A stretch of 64,000 bases of DNA from the NCBI GenBank assembly GCA_049570475.1, contig CP186953.1, positions 704,001 through 768,000 of the forward strand, written 5' to 3'. A program made the translations under genes and the position numbers. This stretch comes from Candidatus Methanosuratincola verstraetei. Lineage in GTDB: Archaea; Thermoproteota; Methanomethylicia; Methanomethylicales; Methanomethylicaceae. The notes below the pieces were generated by a model. It saw only the letters and a list, made by a program, of their open reading frames with translations, made no database searches and was not told the origin of the DNA. Below, one piece after another: positions 20,434 to 30,006 of this stretch (position 1 is the first letter of the stretch; each line of letters opens with the position of its first letter).

Positions 20434-21126
20434 ATGGAGGGGAAGATCCCGAAAGAGGTCTCGGCGACGATACTCCTGACGGTCTACAGGTCGGGAGAGC
20501 TCACAATGACCGAGCTGCACGAAAAGACGAAGTTCAGCACGATCACGGTGTTGAACCACGTGAATGCCCTGTTGGCAGCAGGGCTGCTCGAGGAGGAGAG
20601 GGTTGGGAACTTCCCGAAGAAGAGGGTGCTCAAGACGAGCCAGGAAGGGAAGAGAATAGCATCCCTCCTCAACCTTGCGGACCTTTCCGGGCATGGAAGC
20701 GGCGACCTCATCGAGATGGGCGCAAAGGCAGGGAGGGTGGCTGCCTATCAAGAGGGCATCGCATCTCTCAGGAGGGCGAAGGCCACGAAGGATTGGCTCG
20801 TTGCCGAGCTCTTCCTCAAGGGGATTGGGGGGCTCGCAGGCGGCATTGCGGCAGCGGCGAAGGGGCTCCCTGATGCGCTCTCCGTGGAAAGGGATGCCCT
20901 GAAGGAATGGTCAAAGAGGCTAGAGGCGCACTACGCGGAGGGGCAGAGGCGCTTGGGGGCGGAGGACCTGAACGGGTGCATCTCAATCGTCTCTAAAGCC
21001 TTGGCAGAATTCGCGGGCGCCTCCAAGGTCTTCAGCGATGCCATCCAGAAATTGAAGGACATGAAGCTAGAGGAGCTGGCGAACTACCTCGAGTTCCTAG
21101 CGCCGAAGCAGACCCAAAAGGAATAA
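20434..21126 (+). CDS. winged-helix DNA-binding protein with a helical C-terminal domain
   Basis: N-terminal wHTH (LTMTELHEKTKFSTITVLNHVNALLAAGLLEEE...FPKKR). Confidence 0.75.
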   Translation: MEGKIPKEVSATILLTVYRSGELTMTELHEKTKFSTITVLNHVNALLAAGLLEEERVGNFPKKRVLKTSQEGKRIASLLNLADLSGHGSGDLIEMGAKAGRVAAYQEGIASLRRAKATKDWLVAELFLKGIGGLAGGIAAAAKGLPDALSVERDALKEWSKRLEAHYAEGQRRLGAEDLNGCISIVSKALAEFAGASKVFSDAIQKLKDMKLEELANYLEFLAPKQTQKE

Positions 21127-21153
21127 ATTTCACAAGTATAATTCCACATTCGG

Positions 21154-21228
21154 GGGCCCGTAGCTTAGTCCGGCCATAGCGACAGACTCATAATCTGTTG
21201 GTCGAGGGTTCGAGTCCCTCCGGGCCCA
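21154..21228 (+). tRNA. tRNA with CAT anticodon, most likely tRNA-Ile2 (agmatidine type)
   Basis: ACAGA-CT CAT AA-TCTGT arm; GGGCCCG acceptor is typical of archaeal Ile tRNAs and lacks the initiator A1-U72 pair. Confidence 0.85.
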
Positions 21229-21321
21229 CCTTAAATAATATTTTGTTAACAAACAAAACAATTGCCAAAACAATCTAAAGGTCCATTGCAAGCACATATC
21301 AACTTTGACAAATTGTACATT

Positions 21322-22125
21322 TTAAATATAAAAAAAATAATTGTTATTAGAAATTTTCTTCCACCTATACCCAAATTTACTCATTAAATTCAAAACTTTT
21401 TCTTGGTTTTGTTCAAAGATCTCCACTATAAGCTTGGGTCGACTATTTTCAAGTGTTTGCGAAAGCCCTTCCAAAACTTCATATTCAGCACCTTCGACAT
21501 CAATTTTCACCCAATTAACGTTTGTTCCACCGAGAATATGATCCAAAGGTTTAGCCTCTAATGTGTAATAACCAAATTTTTGACATCCCTTTATGGAACC
21601 GTGACCGCTTGAATCGCCCTTATAAAATCTGAGTTTACTTTCATTATTCCAAGCGATGATGTTGAATGCATAAACGTTGCTTAAATTATTAATTTCGACA
21701 TTTCTTTTTAAGAGTTTGAAATTTATGGGATCAGCTTCGATTGCGATAACTTTGCCAGAAGGACCGATCAATTTTGCTATTTTAATCACATACTTACCAA
21801 TATGTGCACCTACATCCAGAAAAACTTCGCCTTTACCAGGATAAAGGCATTCATGCATCCAATTTTCGGTAACATCTCTAAGAATAATAAAGCTCTCCAC
21901 ATCTTTTAAATAAAAAATTAGATCGTCTTTAATAATTTTAGTATTTTTTAAATTAATTCTTAAAAAATAACTGTCAAGTTTTACTGCAAAACTATTAAGT
22001 CGAATCAAATAAAATGGCAGAATTAAAAACCTTGCTATCAAAATTAAAGCAAGTTTATGGCTACTATTGAGAATATTTATTATATCTCTAAAATAATTTA
22101 TAGGTAAAGAAATATTTTTAATCAT
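21322..22125 (-). CDS. FkbM-family SAM methyltransferase
   Basis: FLDVGAHIG, IEADP and KIDVEGAE motifs. Confidence 0.9.
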   Translation of the reverse strand: MIKNISLPINYFRDIINILNSSHKLALILIARFLILPFYLIRLNSFAVKLDSYFLRINLKNTKIIKDDLIFYLKDVESFIILRDVTENWMHECLYPGKGEVFLDVGAHIGKYVIKIAKLIGPSGKVIAIEADPINFKLLKRNVEINNLSNVYAFNIIAWNNESKLRFYKGDSSGHGSIKGCQKFGYYTLEAKPLDHILGGTNVNWVKIDVEGAEYEVLEGLSQTLENSRPKLIVEIFEQNQEKVLNLMSKFGYRWKKISNNNYFFYI

Positions 22126-22154
22126 ATTTCAGTCAACTTTTTGAGTATTTTTAT

Positions 22155-22268
22155 CAGGTTATTAAATTTATCGACGGGTCTATAAAAAAGAGTTCGTAGC
22201 AGACCCTTTGTTGTGGTTTAAAATCTAGGAACGTCGTGCAAGTCTAAAATTTGATAGTAACTTTTTGA
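22155..22268 (-). pseudogene. 3' remnant of a GT2 paralog
   Basis: Aligns to 22436-22525 (DLHDVPRF*TTTKGLLRTLFID vs DFHNVPRFKVTIKGLIRTIFID). Confidence 0.7.
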
Positions 22269-22272
22269 AAAG

Positions 22273-22428
22273 GCAGGCACAAGCGCAGGATCTCGATGCG
22301 AATGGAAATGATGGGGAAACGAATCGGAGGGGGTTTAAGAGAGGGCGGAAAACGTTGATGAATAACTGACAACCGTTTCCATAAAGAAGTAGAAGGCGAC
22401 GTTAAAGGATAAGTTTATCGAAGTCCTC
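22273..22428 (+). mobile_element. right-end relic of an IS5-family element
   Basis: Homologous to 49093-49246; ends in TIR gtttatcgaagtcctc (14/16 match to the other right TIR). Confidence 0.72.
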
Positions 22429-22431
22429 TAA

Positions 22432-23469
22432 TTAATCTATAAAAATAGTTCTTATCAGACCCTTTATCGTGACTTTAAATCTAGGAACGTTGTGGAAGTC
22501 TATAATCCGATATTGCTTTTTTAAAGCCTTGCCAAGACGAATGCCATCAATAAGTGCACGGACGTGAGAAAGTTTAGCATTCGGTTTAAAAAAAATAAAC
22601 TTGAGGCACCACAAAATTGGTATCACTATTCGATAAGGACTATTTGAAATGACGAGAAAAGCTACCCTATTCCGCACGCTGTAAAGATATCTTATTCGAT
22701 GCTTCTTCATTATTGCACCTCGAAGATGACGCCCTACGACTTTCGGGATTAGCACACACTTGTAACCTGAACCCCAAAGAAGGGTGGAAAGAAGCATGTC
22801 TTCCAAATAGTACATGAATCCAGCGGTTAGATATAGATTGTTTTTTGAAAAAATGACCTTCTCAACTGCATCTACTCGATACATAGGCATAGTGCCTTCT
22901 ACATAGGAGAGTTCTACAGGATTGTTTAAGTACTTAAGAACTTGATCTATGTTTTTATTAATAAAAGGGGAACGAATTGCAACAATATCATTGAAATAAA
23001 ATCCCGCGCTATCAACTTTCTTTGACTCGAAGCTTTCGACTATGCCTTGTAATGCACCCACGTTGACATTAGATTCCATAAAATGGACGTATTCGTTAAT
23101 TATGTTTTGATTAGGGATAGCATCGGTGTTTACGAGAAGGACATACTTCGTATCAGGATCTCTCATTGCATATGCGGCATTATAGCCACCGCAGAACCCA
23201 TAATTATTTTTTAGTTTTAACATTTTGATCTGAATTTTTTGAAAAATGTTGTAATTGATAAAATTTTGAATCAATTCCCAACTCCCATCCGTAGAACCAT
23301 TATCCACAACTATCAACTCGAAGTTGGGGTAATCAATTCTAACCAGTGACGTTAAGATTTTTTCAATAGCTGATTTTATGTGATTTGTGTTATAATTTAA
23401 CCATAGCACACTTACTTTTGGCAATCTGGTGGCATCTTTTTCTGGATGCGAATCAATCATTAGAGTCAT
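22432..23469 (-). CDS. glycosyltransferase family 2
   Basis: VSVLWLNYN, VVDNGSTDGS, NYGFCGGYN, NTD, YLED. Confidence 0.92.
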   Translation of the reverse strand: MTLMIDSHPEKDATRLPKVSVLWLNYNTNHIKSAIEKILTSLVRIDYPNFELIVVDNGSTDGSWELIQNFINYNIFQKIQIKMLKLKNNYGFCGGYNAAYAMRDPDTKYVLLVNTDAIPNQNIINEYVHFMESNVNVGALQGIVESFESKKVDSAGFYFNDIVAIRSPFINKNIDQVLKYLNNPVELSYVEGTMPMYRVDAVEKVIFSKNNLYLTAGFMYYLEDMLLSTLLWGSGYKCVLIPKVVGRHLRGAIMKKHRIRYLYSVRNRVAFLVISNSPYRIVIPILWCLKFIFFKPNAKLSHVRALIDGIRLGKALKKQYRIIDFHNVPRFKVTIKGLIRTIFID

Positions 23470-23479
23470 AATTGATCAC

Positions 23480-24733
23480 TTAATGTTCGTTAGATTCTTT
23501 TGTTTTTGTTTGATTAATGGGTTTCTGAATACCAATAAACCGATATAGAATACTAATTTCGTTTGAAATTATAGATTTCCAGTCTGCATGCTCAAACTTT
23601 TGCTCTATTGAATTGTTTGAAGAAAGTAAATTGATGACTTGAGACGCGAGTGCTGCCACATCTCCCTCAGGGACCAAATATACCCCATCTGCACGGCTAT
23701 AGTTAAAGGCTAAAGCGGGGATACCATATGCAACTACAGGCGTTCCCAACGATAGACATTCCAAGACCGAGTAAGGAAAACCATCAATGTGACTCGGATA
23801 GACTGCCACTTTTGACATGCGCATATACTTGTAAAGAGTTCTGGTTGGCAGGTATCCAGTCAAAATCACGTTTTGAGAAACCCTAAGCCGGTTTGAAAGC
23901 AATCTTATTATCAATGACGATTTACGCCCAATTTTTCCAGTTATAAGGAGTTTTACTTCATTTTGTTTATTTTTAATTAATTTCAAGGCATAAATTGCTT
24001 CTGCTATTCCTTTCAATGGATCTGCTCTCGCTGGAAATATTAACAAATTTTTACTCTTTTTTATTTTTTTATTTATTTCTTGAATATTTTGTAGATCAGA
24101 TTCATCCAGACTGACTCCCGGATCTACAGGGTGTACAGTTTCATACATTTTTCCCATTTCAAAGGCAATAGAACGCGAAATAGGCATAATTAGATCAAAA
24201 TCTTTTAAAAGATCTTTAGATTTATTCCATAATTTTTTAATTGAAATCATTTGCAATAAGGAATAAAAAGGCATCATGAGAAGACCATAATATCTTATTA
24301 ATGCATTGTTAATATTTTTAACTCTTATAGAGTTGGCATAAAAAGGCGGTAATTGGAGAATCGCAACCTTTCGTACACCATAAAGATTGGCAAGTTTTTT
24401 TGTGGCGATTAAAGCTTCAGGAGATTCATGCATGGATACAACCGCGTCAACTGAAAAAGGTTGACTATACATTTTGAGATAAACTTTTTTCATGCCAAGC
24501 AGGTCTGTTAAAGACCTTCCGCCAAACACAAATGGGATGCCCTGTAAATACGCAATACCAACAATATGTCTTAATAACTCGGGATTCTTGATTTTTAATG
24601 AAGGCTTTTTCTCGGATGTCAACACAACTATTCCGACTTCTAGACCATGCTCGATGTATTCCTTAACTGCCCTTAAAGCCCTTTTATTTCCACCAGTTTC
24701 TTTTTCGTTTAAATTTGCAACAACCAAGATCAA
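23480..24733 (-). CDS. glycosyltransferase family 4
   Basis: RADPLKG, PSHIDGFPYSVLECLSLGTPVV. Confidence 0.88.
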   Translation of the reverse strand: MILVVANLNEKETGGNKRALRAVKEYIEHGLEVGIVVLTSEKKPSLKIKNPELLRHIVGIAYLQGIPFVFGGRSLTDLLGMKKVYLKMYSQPFSVDAVVSMHESPEALIATKKLANLYGVRKVAILQLPPFYANSIRVKNINNALIRYYGLLMMPFYSLLQMISIKKLWNKSKDLLKDFDLIMPISRSIAFEMGKMYETVHPVDPGVSLDESDLQNIQEINKKIKKSKNLLIFPARADPLKGIAEAIYALKLIKNKQNEVKLLITGKIGRKSSLIIRLLSNRLRVSQNVILTGYLPTRTLYKYMRMSKVAVYPSHIDGFPYSVLECLSLGTPVVAYGIPALAFNYSRADGVYLVPEGDVAALASQVINLLSSNNSIEQKFEHADWKSIISNEISILYRFIGIQKPINQTKTKESNEH

Positions 24734-24771
24734 TTGGATTACCTCAATTTTATTCTGTTATTAATGGTTTT

Positions 24772-25854
24772 TTATAATATTTCTTTTATTATTTTTAGTA
24801 TTTCTTCAGTAGTTTTATGCCAAGAAAGCTCTTTTGAATAAAAGGCGCCTTTTTGGGACAACTCCATACGTAATTTTTCATCAACTATGAGGCGCCGAAT
24901 CGCGTCTGCCAATCCAAAAACATCTCCGGGCTTTACGATCAATGCTCGTTCATAGTTCACTATTCCTGTTTTTTGAAAGATATCAGTGCAAACGACGGGA
25001 AGATCGGATGCGAATGCCTCGGCTATTGTGATCCCCCACCCTTCCTCACCTATTGAAGGTTGAACATAGATGTCGGCCATTTTATAATATTTTATGAGCT
25101 CCGAATCACTCACTTGCCCTGCAAAGAATATATCATTTCTATTAAACTCTGCTAGCTTTTTGAGCCTTTCATAATGCAATTTATTTTCTTTCGAGACTCC
25201 GCCAACCAAAATAAGTCTGCAATTCGGATGGTTTTGCTTAATGATCCTAAATGCATTTATTAGAATATCGTGACCTTTGTTCGGAGCGATTCTAGCTACA
25301 CATAAGATATTAACACCTTCATGTTCAATTTTAGGACCTTTGAAGGAATCGGCGTCTACGCCTTCATTAACAACTTTGATTTTCTCTGGAGGGACCTTCA
25401 AGAACAATTGGAGGTCGTTCGAAGTCAACTCTGAAGGAACCACCATAACTGTGGACTTCCTAACCACTCTTTTAAGGATTCTGACCCTAAAAAAATATTT
25501 TAAAATTTGTTTCTTTGCATTTTTCGATGTGAAAAGTCCAACATCATGAATGATTGGTATACAAGGAACCTTGAGCAAGAGCGGAGAGAGTTCGGCCCAA
25601 TATTGATTCACTATGCAAACGTCAGGTCTAATTTTGTTAATTTTACGGGCTGCGGCAAAGGAAAACAAGAGTTGCGTTATAAAAGGTATCCTTGGAAAAT
25701 TCAAGTATGCAACATTTTTCTCACATGCACTATCAAGCGTAACTGCAATAACTTCATGTTTTTTTGTCAGCTCATCGAACACTCGTTTTATATACCTTTC
25801 TGAGCCGCCTTTTGTCGTTGTGAACCAAGTCCTTGCAATTATTCCGATCATCAA
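24772..25854 (-). CDS. glycosyltransferase family 4
   Basis: GGSERY, RIAPNKG, EGWGITIAEAFASDLPVV. Confidence 0.92.
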   Translation of the reverse strand: MMIGIIARTWFTTTKGGSERYIKRVFDELTKKHEVIAVTLDSACEKNVAYLNFPRIPFITQLLFSFAAARKINKIRPDVCIVNQYWAELSPLLLKVPCIPIIHDVGLFTSKNAKKQILKYFFRVRILKRVVRKSTVMVVPSELTSNDLQLFLKVPPEKIKVVNEGVDADSFKGPKIEHEGVNILCVARIAPNKGHDILINAFRIIKQNHPNCRLILVGGVSKENKLHYERLKKLAEFNRNDIFFAGQVSDSELIKYYKMADIYVQPSIGEEGWGITIAEAFASDLPVVCTDIFQKTGIVNYERALIVKPGDVFGLADAIRRLIVDEKLRMELSQKGAFYSKELSWHKTTEEILKIIKEIL

Positions 25855-25861
25855 GGTTAGA

Positions 25862-26764
25862 TCACTTCAGAATTTTTATTAGGATCGCCTCTAACTCAAC
25901 TTTGCTCCTGGCATACCAACACTTGCCGAGCTTACTTAAGTAAGCGGCTTGTTTTAGCTGGTGATCTGCAGAAGTATTCTTTCTTGGGTACAGTATGAGT
26001 TTTCGGTTCTTTGCTAGGACTTCGAACGCAGTTAAACCGCCAGTAGTGATCACGCAGTCAGACTTTGTTATGAGATCTGATATCCCGATAAAAAAATCTT
26101 TGATAATGCACTTATTCTTTAATTCTAGCTTCTCGCCGGCTGTCTGCACTATCCAAGAGCATGAAAGCTTCTTATCTAGATAGCCGATTGCATCAAGAAG
26201 TTCTGGGTAAGGTCTTCTTCCTGAAAAAACTGATACGATAGGTCGCACCAGATCGACATCTAGCCCAGACTCTTGCTCAGGCAACAACGGACCTACAAGT
26301 TTGGAGTTTTTGAACCAAGGAATCTGCACATCCCAGTGGACCCAAGTCTCATCTGCTACCCAAGACAGGACTTTGGCAGTAAGCGAAGGAAATAAAATCC
26401 GGTCGACTGCCTCTACATTTATCAGCTTTCTGCCAGTAAATTTTGCAATTATTGATAGAGGGATTGCCGGATTAGGTCCAGTCGAAATAACTGTTTGGGG
26501 TTTTTCTTTCATGAGGATCCTTATCGCTTGTAAAGCGTTTAGAAAGAATCTTGCAACGACAGTTGGTGAGAAGAGCTTTTCCCCCATCTCTCTCGGCTCG
26601 GTGATTTCATAATACTTTATTCCTAAATAATTGAGCTTCTTTTTCGTTAAATCATCATTTTTCAAAATAACAAATGAGGGTTCACCGCTTATTTTTTTCA
26701 GGCAGGCTAGTGCAACTCCAGTATGTCCTCCTCCGAAGGCGGTGATCAGAAAGCGCATAGCCAT
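25862..26764 (-). CDS. fused Alg14/Alg13-like (Agl24/MurG-like) GT-B glycosyltransferase
   Basis: GGGHTG, STGPNPAIP, EAVDR, GGLT, DHQ. Confidence 0.75.
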   Translation of the reverse strand: MAMRFLITAFGGGHTGVALACLKKISGEPSFVILKNDDLTKKKLNYLGIKYYEITEPREMGEKLFSPTVVARFFLNALQAIRILMKEKPQTVISTGPNPAIPLSIIAKFTGRKLINVEAVDRILFPSLTAKVLSWVADETWVHWDVQIPWFKNSKLVGPLLPEQESGLDVDLVRPIVSVFSGRRPYPELLDAIGYLDKKLSCSWIVQTAGEKLELKNKCIIKDFFIGISDLITKSDCVITTGGLTAFEVLAKNRKLILYPRKNTSADHQLKQAAYLSKLGKCWYARSKVELEAILIKILK

Positions 26765-26852
26765 CTGTAAGAAAAAAGAAGCGTCTATATATAAATAAAT
26801 CCGGGTAGATTCAATCACCAATCTAAATACGGACCGATGGGGGAACGCACGA

Positions 26853-27941
26853 TTGGCAGATGACTTCATACCTTATTTTGAACCGATGGTTGCGATCTGT
26901 ACAACATGCAAAAATGCGGCTCTGACGATCGGATATTCGATTGATAGTGTAATTAAATTGAACTATCCAAAGGAAAAGATTGTTTATATTTTGGTGGATT
27001 CTCAAAGTTCTGATAATACAAAAGAAGTTTCCAGAGAAATACTTACTCAAAATAACATTAGGCATATTATAATAAATAAGAAATGTAGCATATCAGAAGG
27101 AAGAAATATATGTTCTGAAGTTGCAAATAAATTTTTAATAAACTATGTATTTTTCATAGATGCCGACGTAGTAATTTTAGATCCAAATTTGTTAAAATAA
27201 TGCCTAAAACTATCAATGAAAAACGATAAAACTGTTTTTTTCATCGATACAGAGTTTAAAAACTTTTCTAATAAAGAAAATATGGAAAAATTTTTACAAA
27301 AAATTGAGTATACAAAAAATCAGTACAAATTGAAAGATGTAGCCTGGTGTGGGACAGGATTATTTTTTATAAAAAATGACATTTTTAATAAAATTAAATT
27401 TCAAGAAGATATGAATTTTTTTGAGGACAGATATTTTGGATATCAGCTTAGAAGTTGCGGCTATAAATTAAATTTTATTACTTCAAAAAATCCATTGGCT
27501 TATGACATAAATATCAAAAAATATTCTGACATATATATTAAAATGCCTATAATTGAATATTTGAGGGCAATAAATAAAAAAACTTTTGCATTAGCCTACA
27601 CAAATTATGATGGGAATGCTTTAAGATCGTCAATCAGTTTTTTAAAGTCATTGGAAGGAAAGAGAACAATTTTTCATACATTTTATTTATCATTGATACT
27701 TGTTGGACTTTTTTATTATTTCTTAATAGAAAAAACAATTGGATTAATTATAATATTTTTTGGATTTGCAATATTAGTACTATGGGCATTTAACATGAGG
27801 TTTAGAAGGTGTAGAAATCTGAAAGAAACTTTTTCATGTGTGTTCAAGTTTTCTATTTTCGGGATCTATACCTTTTTTTCTGTGCCGTTCTTTTTGATGA
27901 TAAAGAAAAACACTTTAAAAAAAATTTTTTCTGAAAATTAA
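26853..27941 (+). pseudogene. GT2 glycosyltransferase with C-terminal TMs, interrupted by one in-frame TAA
   Basis: 26853-27200 and 27216-27941 share a frame (LLK*CLKLSMKND); VDSQSSDNT, DAD and FED motifs span both parts. Confidence 0.82.
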
Positions 27942-27945
27942 TTTT

Positions 27946-28938
27946 TTAAATATAAAAGAACATCCCTATGACGGCAAGGAAGACCTCGAGTGAGAGAATG
28001 AAAAGTACCACATCCTTTTCGCTTGCTTTTCCCTTCAATTTTACGACAAGATCAATCACAACATGAGGAAATGCGTAATATTTGCTATAAGGCTTTTTCA
28101 GATGCCCCTCCGCGTCCACTTCACCGAATGCCTCTGCCTTCATCTTGCTACGCGACTTGAGCAAAAAATCCAAGAAATACGGTATGAACAGGATCAGAGC
28201 GAGCTTCTCAACATTTGCCAAAATGCTGACGCAAGCAACTATGCTCCCTACCATATATGTGAAAACGTTTCCTGGGAATATTTTTGCTGGGTGCCAGTTG
28301 AAGATAAGAAACGCGACCAGAGCTGCGGCTGCAATCGCGCAGATCATAGCAACATGGCTCGTTCCCGTCAGGTAAGAAACAACCCCAATGCTCGAGATGA
28401 TTATCAGTCCCATGCCAGCCTCAAGACCGTTGTATCCCGCAATTATGTTAAAGCCGTTTGAGGCTCCGACGATCCCGATAGGGACGACCATCAGCGGGTA
28501 AAGGAGACCCAGATCCATAGCCCCAAAAAGAGGCAAATCAACCGAAGAATGCCCAGCGTTTATGACCATCATTGGGAGTGCAGCAGGGATGGTAAGCAAT
28601 GGTTTTTGCAGCTGCGATAGACCCAGCTTCCAGCCTAGCAAGTCATCGATAAGGCCAACTACTGCGATTATCAGAACTGTGCCCATTACAGCAAAGAGAT
28701 CTAAATTGAAAGACACGTTGTTGAATAGAAAAGTGTTCAGCCCTATGTAGAAAAGCATACCGCCAAGGATTCCGCCAAGAACAGCAACCCCTCCCATCTC
28801 GGCTACTTCAGGCTTGTCAGGCTTGTTCATGTCCTTTCCTACAAGACCTGCCCTCTTTGCGACAGGAATCCACCTCTTGGTCAGGATGAAAGTCGCCGCA
28901 AAAGAGATAGCGATGGAGACCAGAAGCAACGGGTTCAT
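27946..28938 (-). CDS. aglH: UDP-GlcNAc:dolichol-phosphate GlcNAc-1-P transferase (AglH/Alg7)
   Basis: GKDMNK, EMGG, GLIDD, NIIAGYNGLE and FNWHPAKIFPGN motifs; multi-TM. Confidence 0.9.
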   Translation of the reverse strand: MNPLLLVSIAISFAATFILTKRWIPVAKRAGLVGKDMNKPDKPEVAEMGGVAVLGGILGGMLFYIGLNTFLFNNVSFNLDLFAVMGTVLIIAVVGLIDDLLGWKLGLSQLQKPLLTIPAALPMMVINAGHSSVDLPLFGAMDLGLLYPLMVVPIGIVGASNGFNIIAGYNGLEAGMGLIIISSIGVVSYLTGTSHVAMICAIAAAALVAFLIFNWHPAKIFPGNVFTYMVGSIVACVSILANVEKLALILFIPYFLDFLLKSRSKMKAEAFGEVDAEGHLKKPYSKYYAFPHVVIDLVVKLKGKASEKDVVLFILSLEVFLAVIGMFFYI

Positions 28939-29052
28939 GAACTACCACAAGAAAACCCAGAAACATGTATGTATTTAAGGGTTTATCGTTTAAACTCATC
29001 TAATGGAAAAAGGCATTAGACAAAAAGCATCCAAAAAGGGGCGCATTCGGGT

Positions 29053-29529
29053 TTGAAGCTCCTGATGATCCTTGGCAGCGGAGGGCACACAGCCCAGATG
29101 ATAAGGCTGTCGGAGATGCTCGGATCTGCATTCGATTACGCTTACCTAATAGGATACGACGACAGGCTAAGCGCCAGGAAGATCAAGATCCCTGGCGAGG
29201 TTTACTTTGTCCACAGGGCCAGGAGCCACGAGGACAACCTCTTGGTCACAGGGTTTAAGGTACTTAGGCTCTTTGTCGAGTCCTTGGTCGCATTCCTCAG
29301 GATTAGACCTGAGGCGGTGGTCAGCGCAGGACCTGGGATGGCTTTGCCCGTCTCAGTTGTCTGCAAGCTCTTCGGGAAGAAGGTGATCTTCATCGAGGAC
29401 TGGTCCAGAGTATACCAAAAGTCAAAGACGGGGCGGGCCATGTACAACATTTCCGATCTGTTCTTCGTCCAGTGGCCCGAGCTCCTGAGGCTTTACCCCA
29501 AAGCCATATACGCCGGGAGGCTGGCGTGA
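29053..29529 (+). CDS. alg14: Alg14-like UDP-GlcNAc transferase subunit
   Basis: LGSGGHTAQM, GPG, FIEDWSRV, FFVQWPEL. Confidence 0.9.
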   Translation: MKLLMILGSGGHTAQMIRLSEMLGSAFDYAYLIGYDDRLSARKIKIPGEVYFVHRARSHEDNLLVTGFKVLRLFVESLVAFLRIRPEAVVSAGPGMALPVSVVCKLFGKKVIFIEDWSRVYQKSKTGRAMYNISDLFFVQWPELLRLYPKAIYAGRLA

Positions 29530-30006
29530 ATGATCTTTGTCACGGTCGGGTCGGTCGCTCCCTTTGATGAGCTGATCGAGAAGGTGGATCTGCTAGCGGG
29601 TGCCCAGGGAGAAACTAGGATAAAGGATCCGATCATGCAGATTGGCAATGGCAAATACATCCCCCAGAACGGGAGGTGGTTCCGATTCGAAACCGATCTT
29701 TCGCGATACTACAGGGATGCTGACCTGATAATAACTCACAACGGGGCTGGAACGCTTTTCGAAATACTCCCCTTGGGCAAGAAGGTCATCGTGGTTCCGA
29801 ACCCGAATACAGTTCAGCTTGAAAACATCGACATTGTCATCAAGCTGGCAAAAGAAGGGCACATAATCCCGTGCTTCAAAGTGGAAGCCCTTGAAGGCGC
29901 GCTAAAAAAAGCAGAGAAGTGGATCCCGGTCCCGTATGAAAAGCCGATATGCAGGATGCATGAATTGATCTCGCAGTACCTTCTAGGATCTCCCAAGAAG
30001 CATTGA
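29530..30006 (+). CDS. alg13: Alg13-like UDP-GlcNAc transferase subunit
   Basis: MIFVTVGS, FDELI, QIG, ITHNGAGT, IVVPNP. Confidence 0.9.
   Translation: MIFVTVGSVAPFDELIEKVDLLAGAQGETRIKDPIMQIGNGKYIPQNGRWFRFETDLSRYYRDADLIITHNGAGTLFEILPLGKKVIVVPNPNTVQLENIDIVIKLAKEGHIIPCFKVEALEGALKKAEKWIPVPYEKPICRMHELISQYLLGSPKKH

Noticed and set aside
21154-21228. tRNA-Met
   Set aside because: The acceptor stem is Ile-like and initiator features are absent
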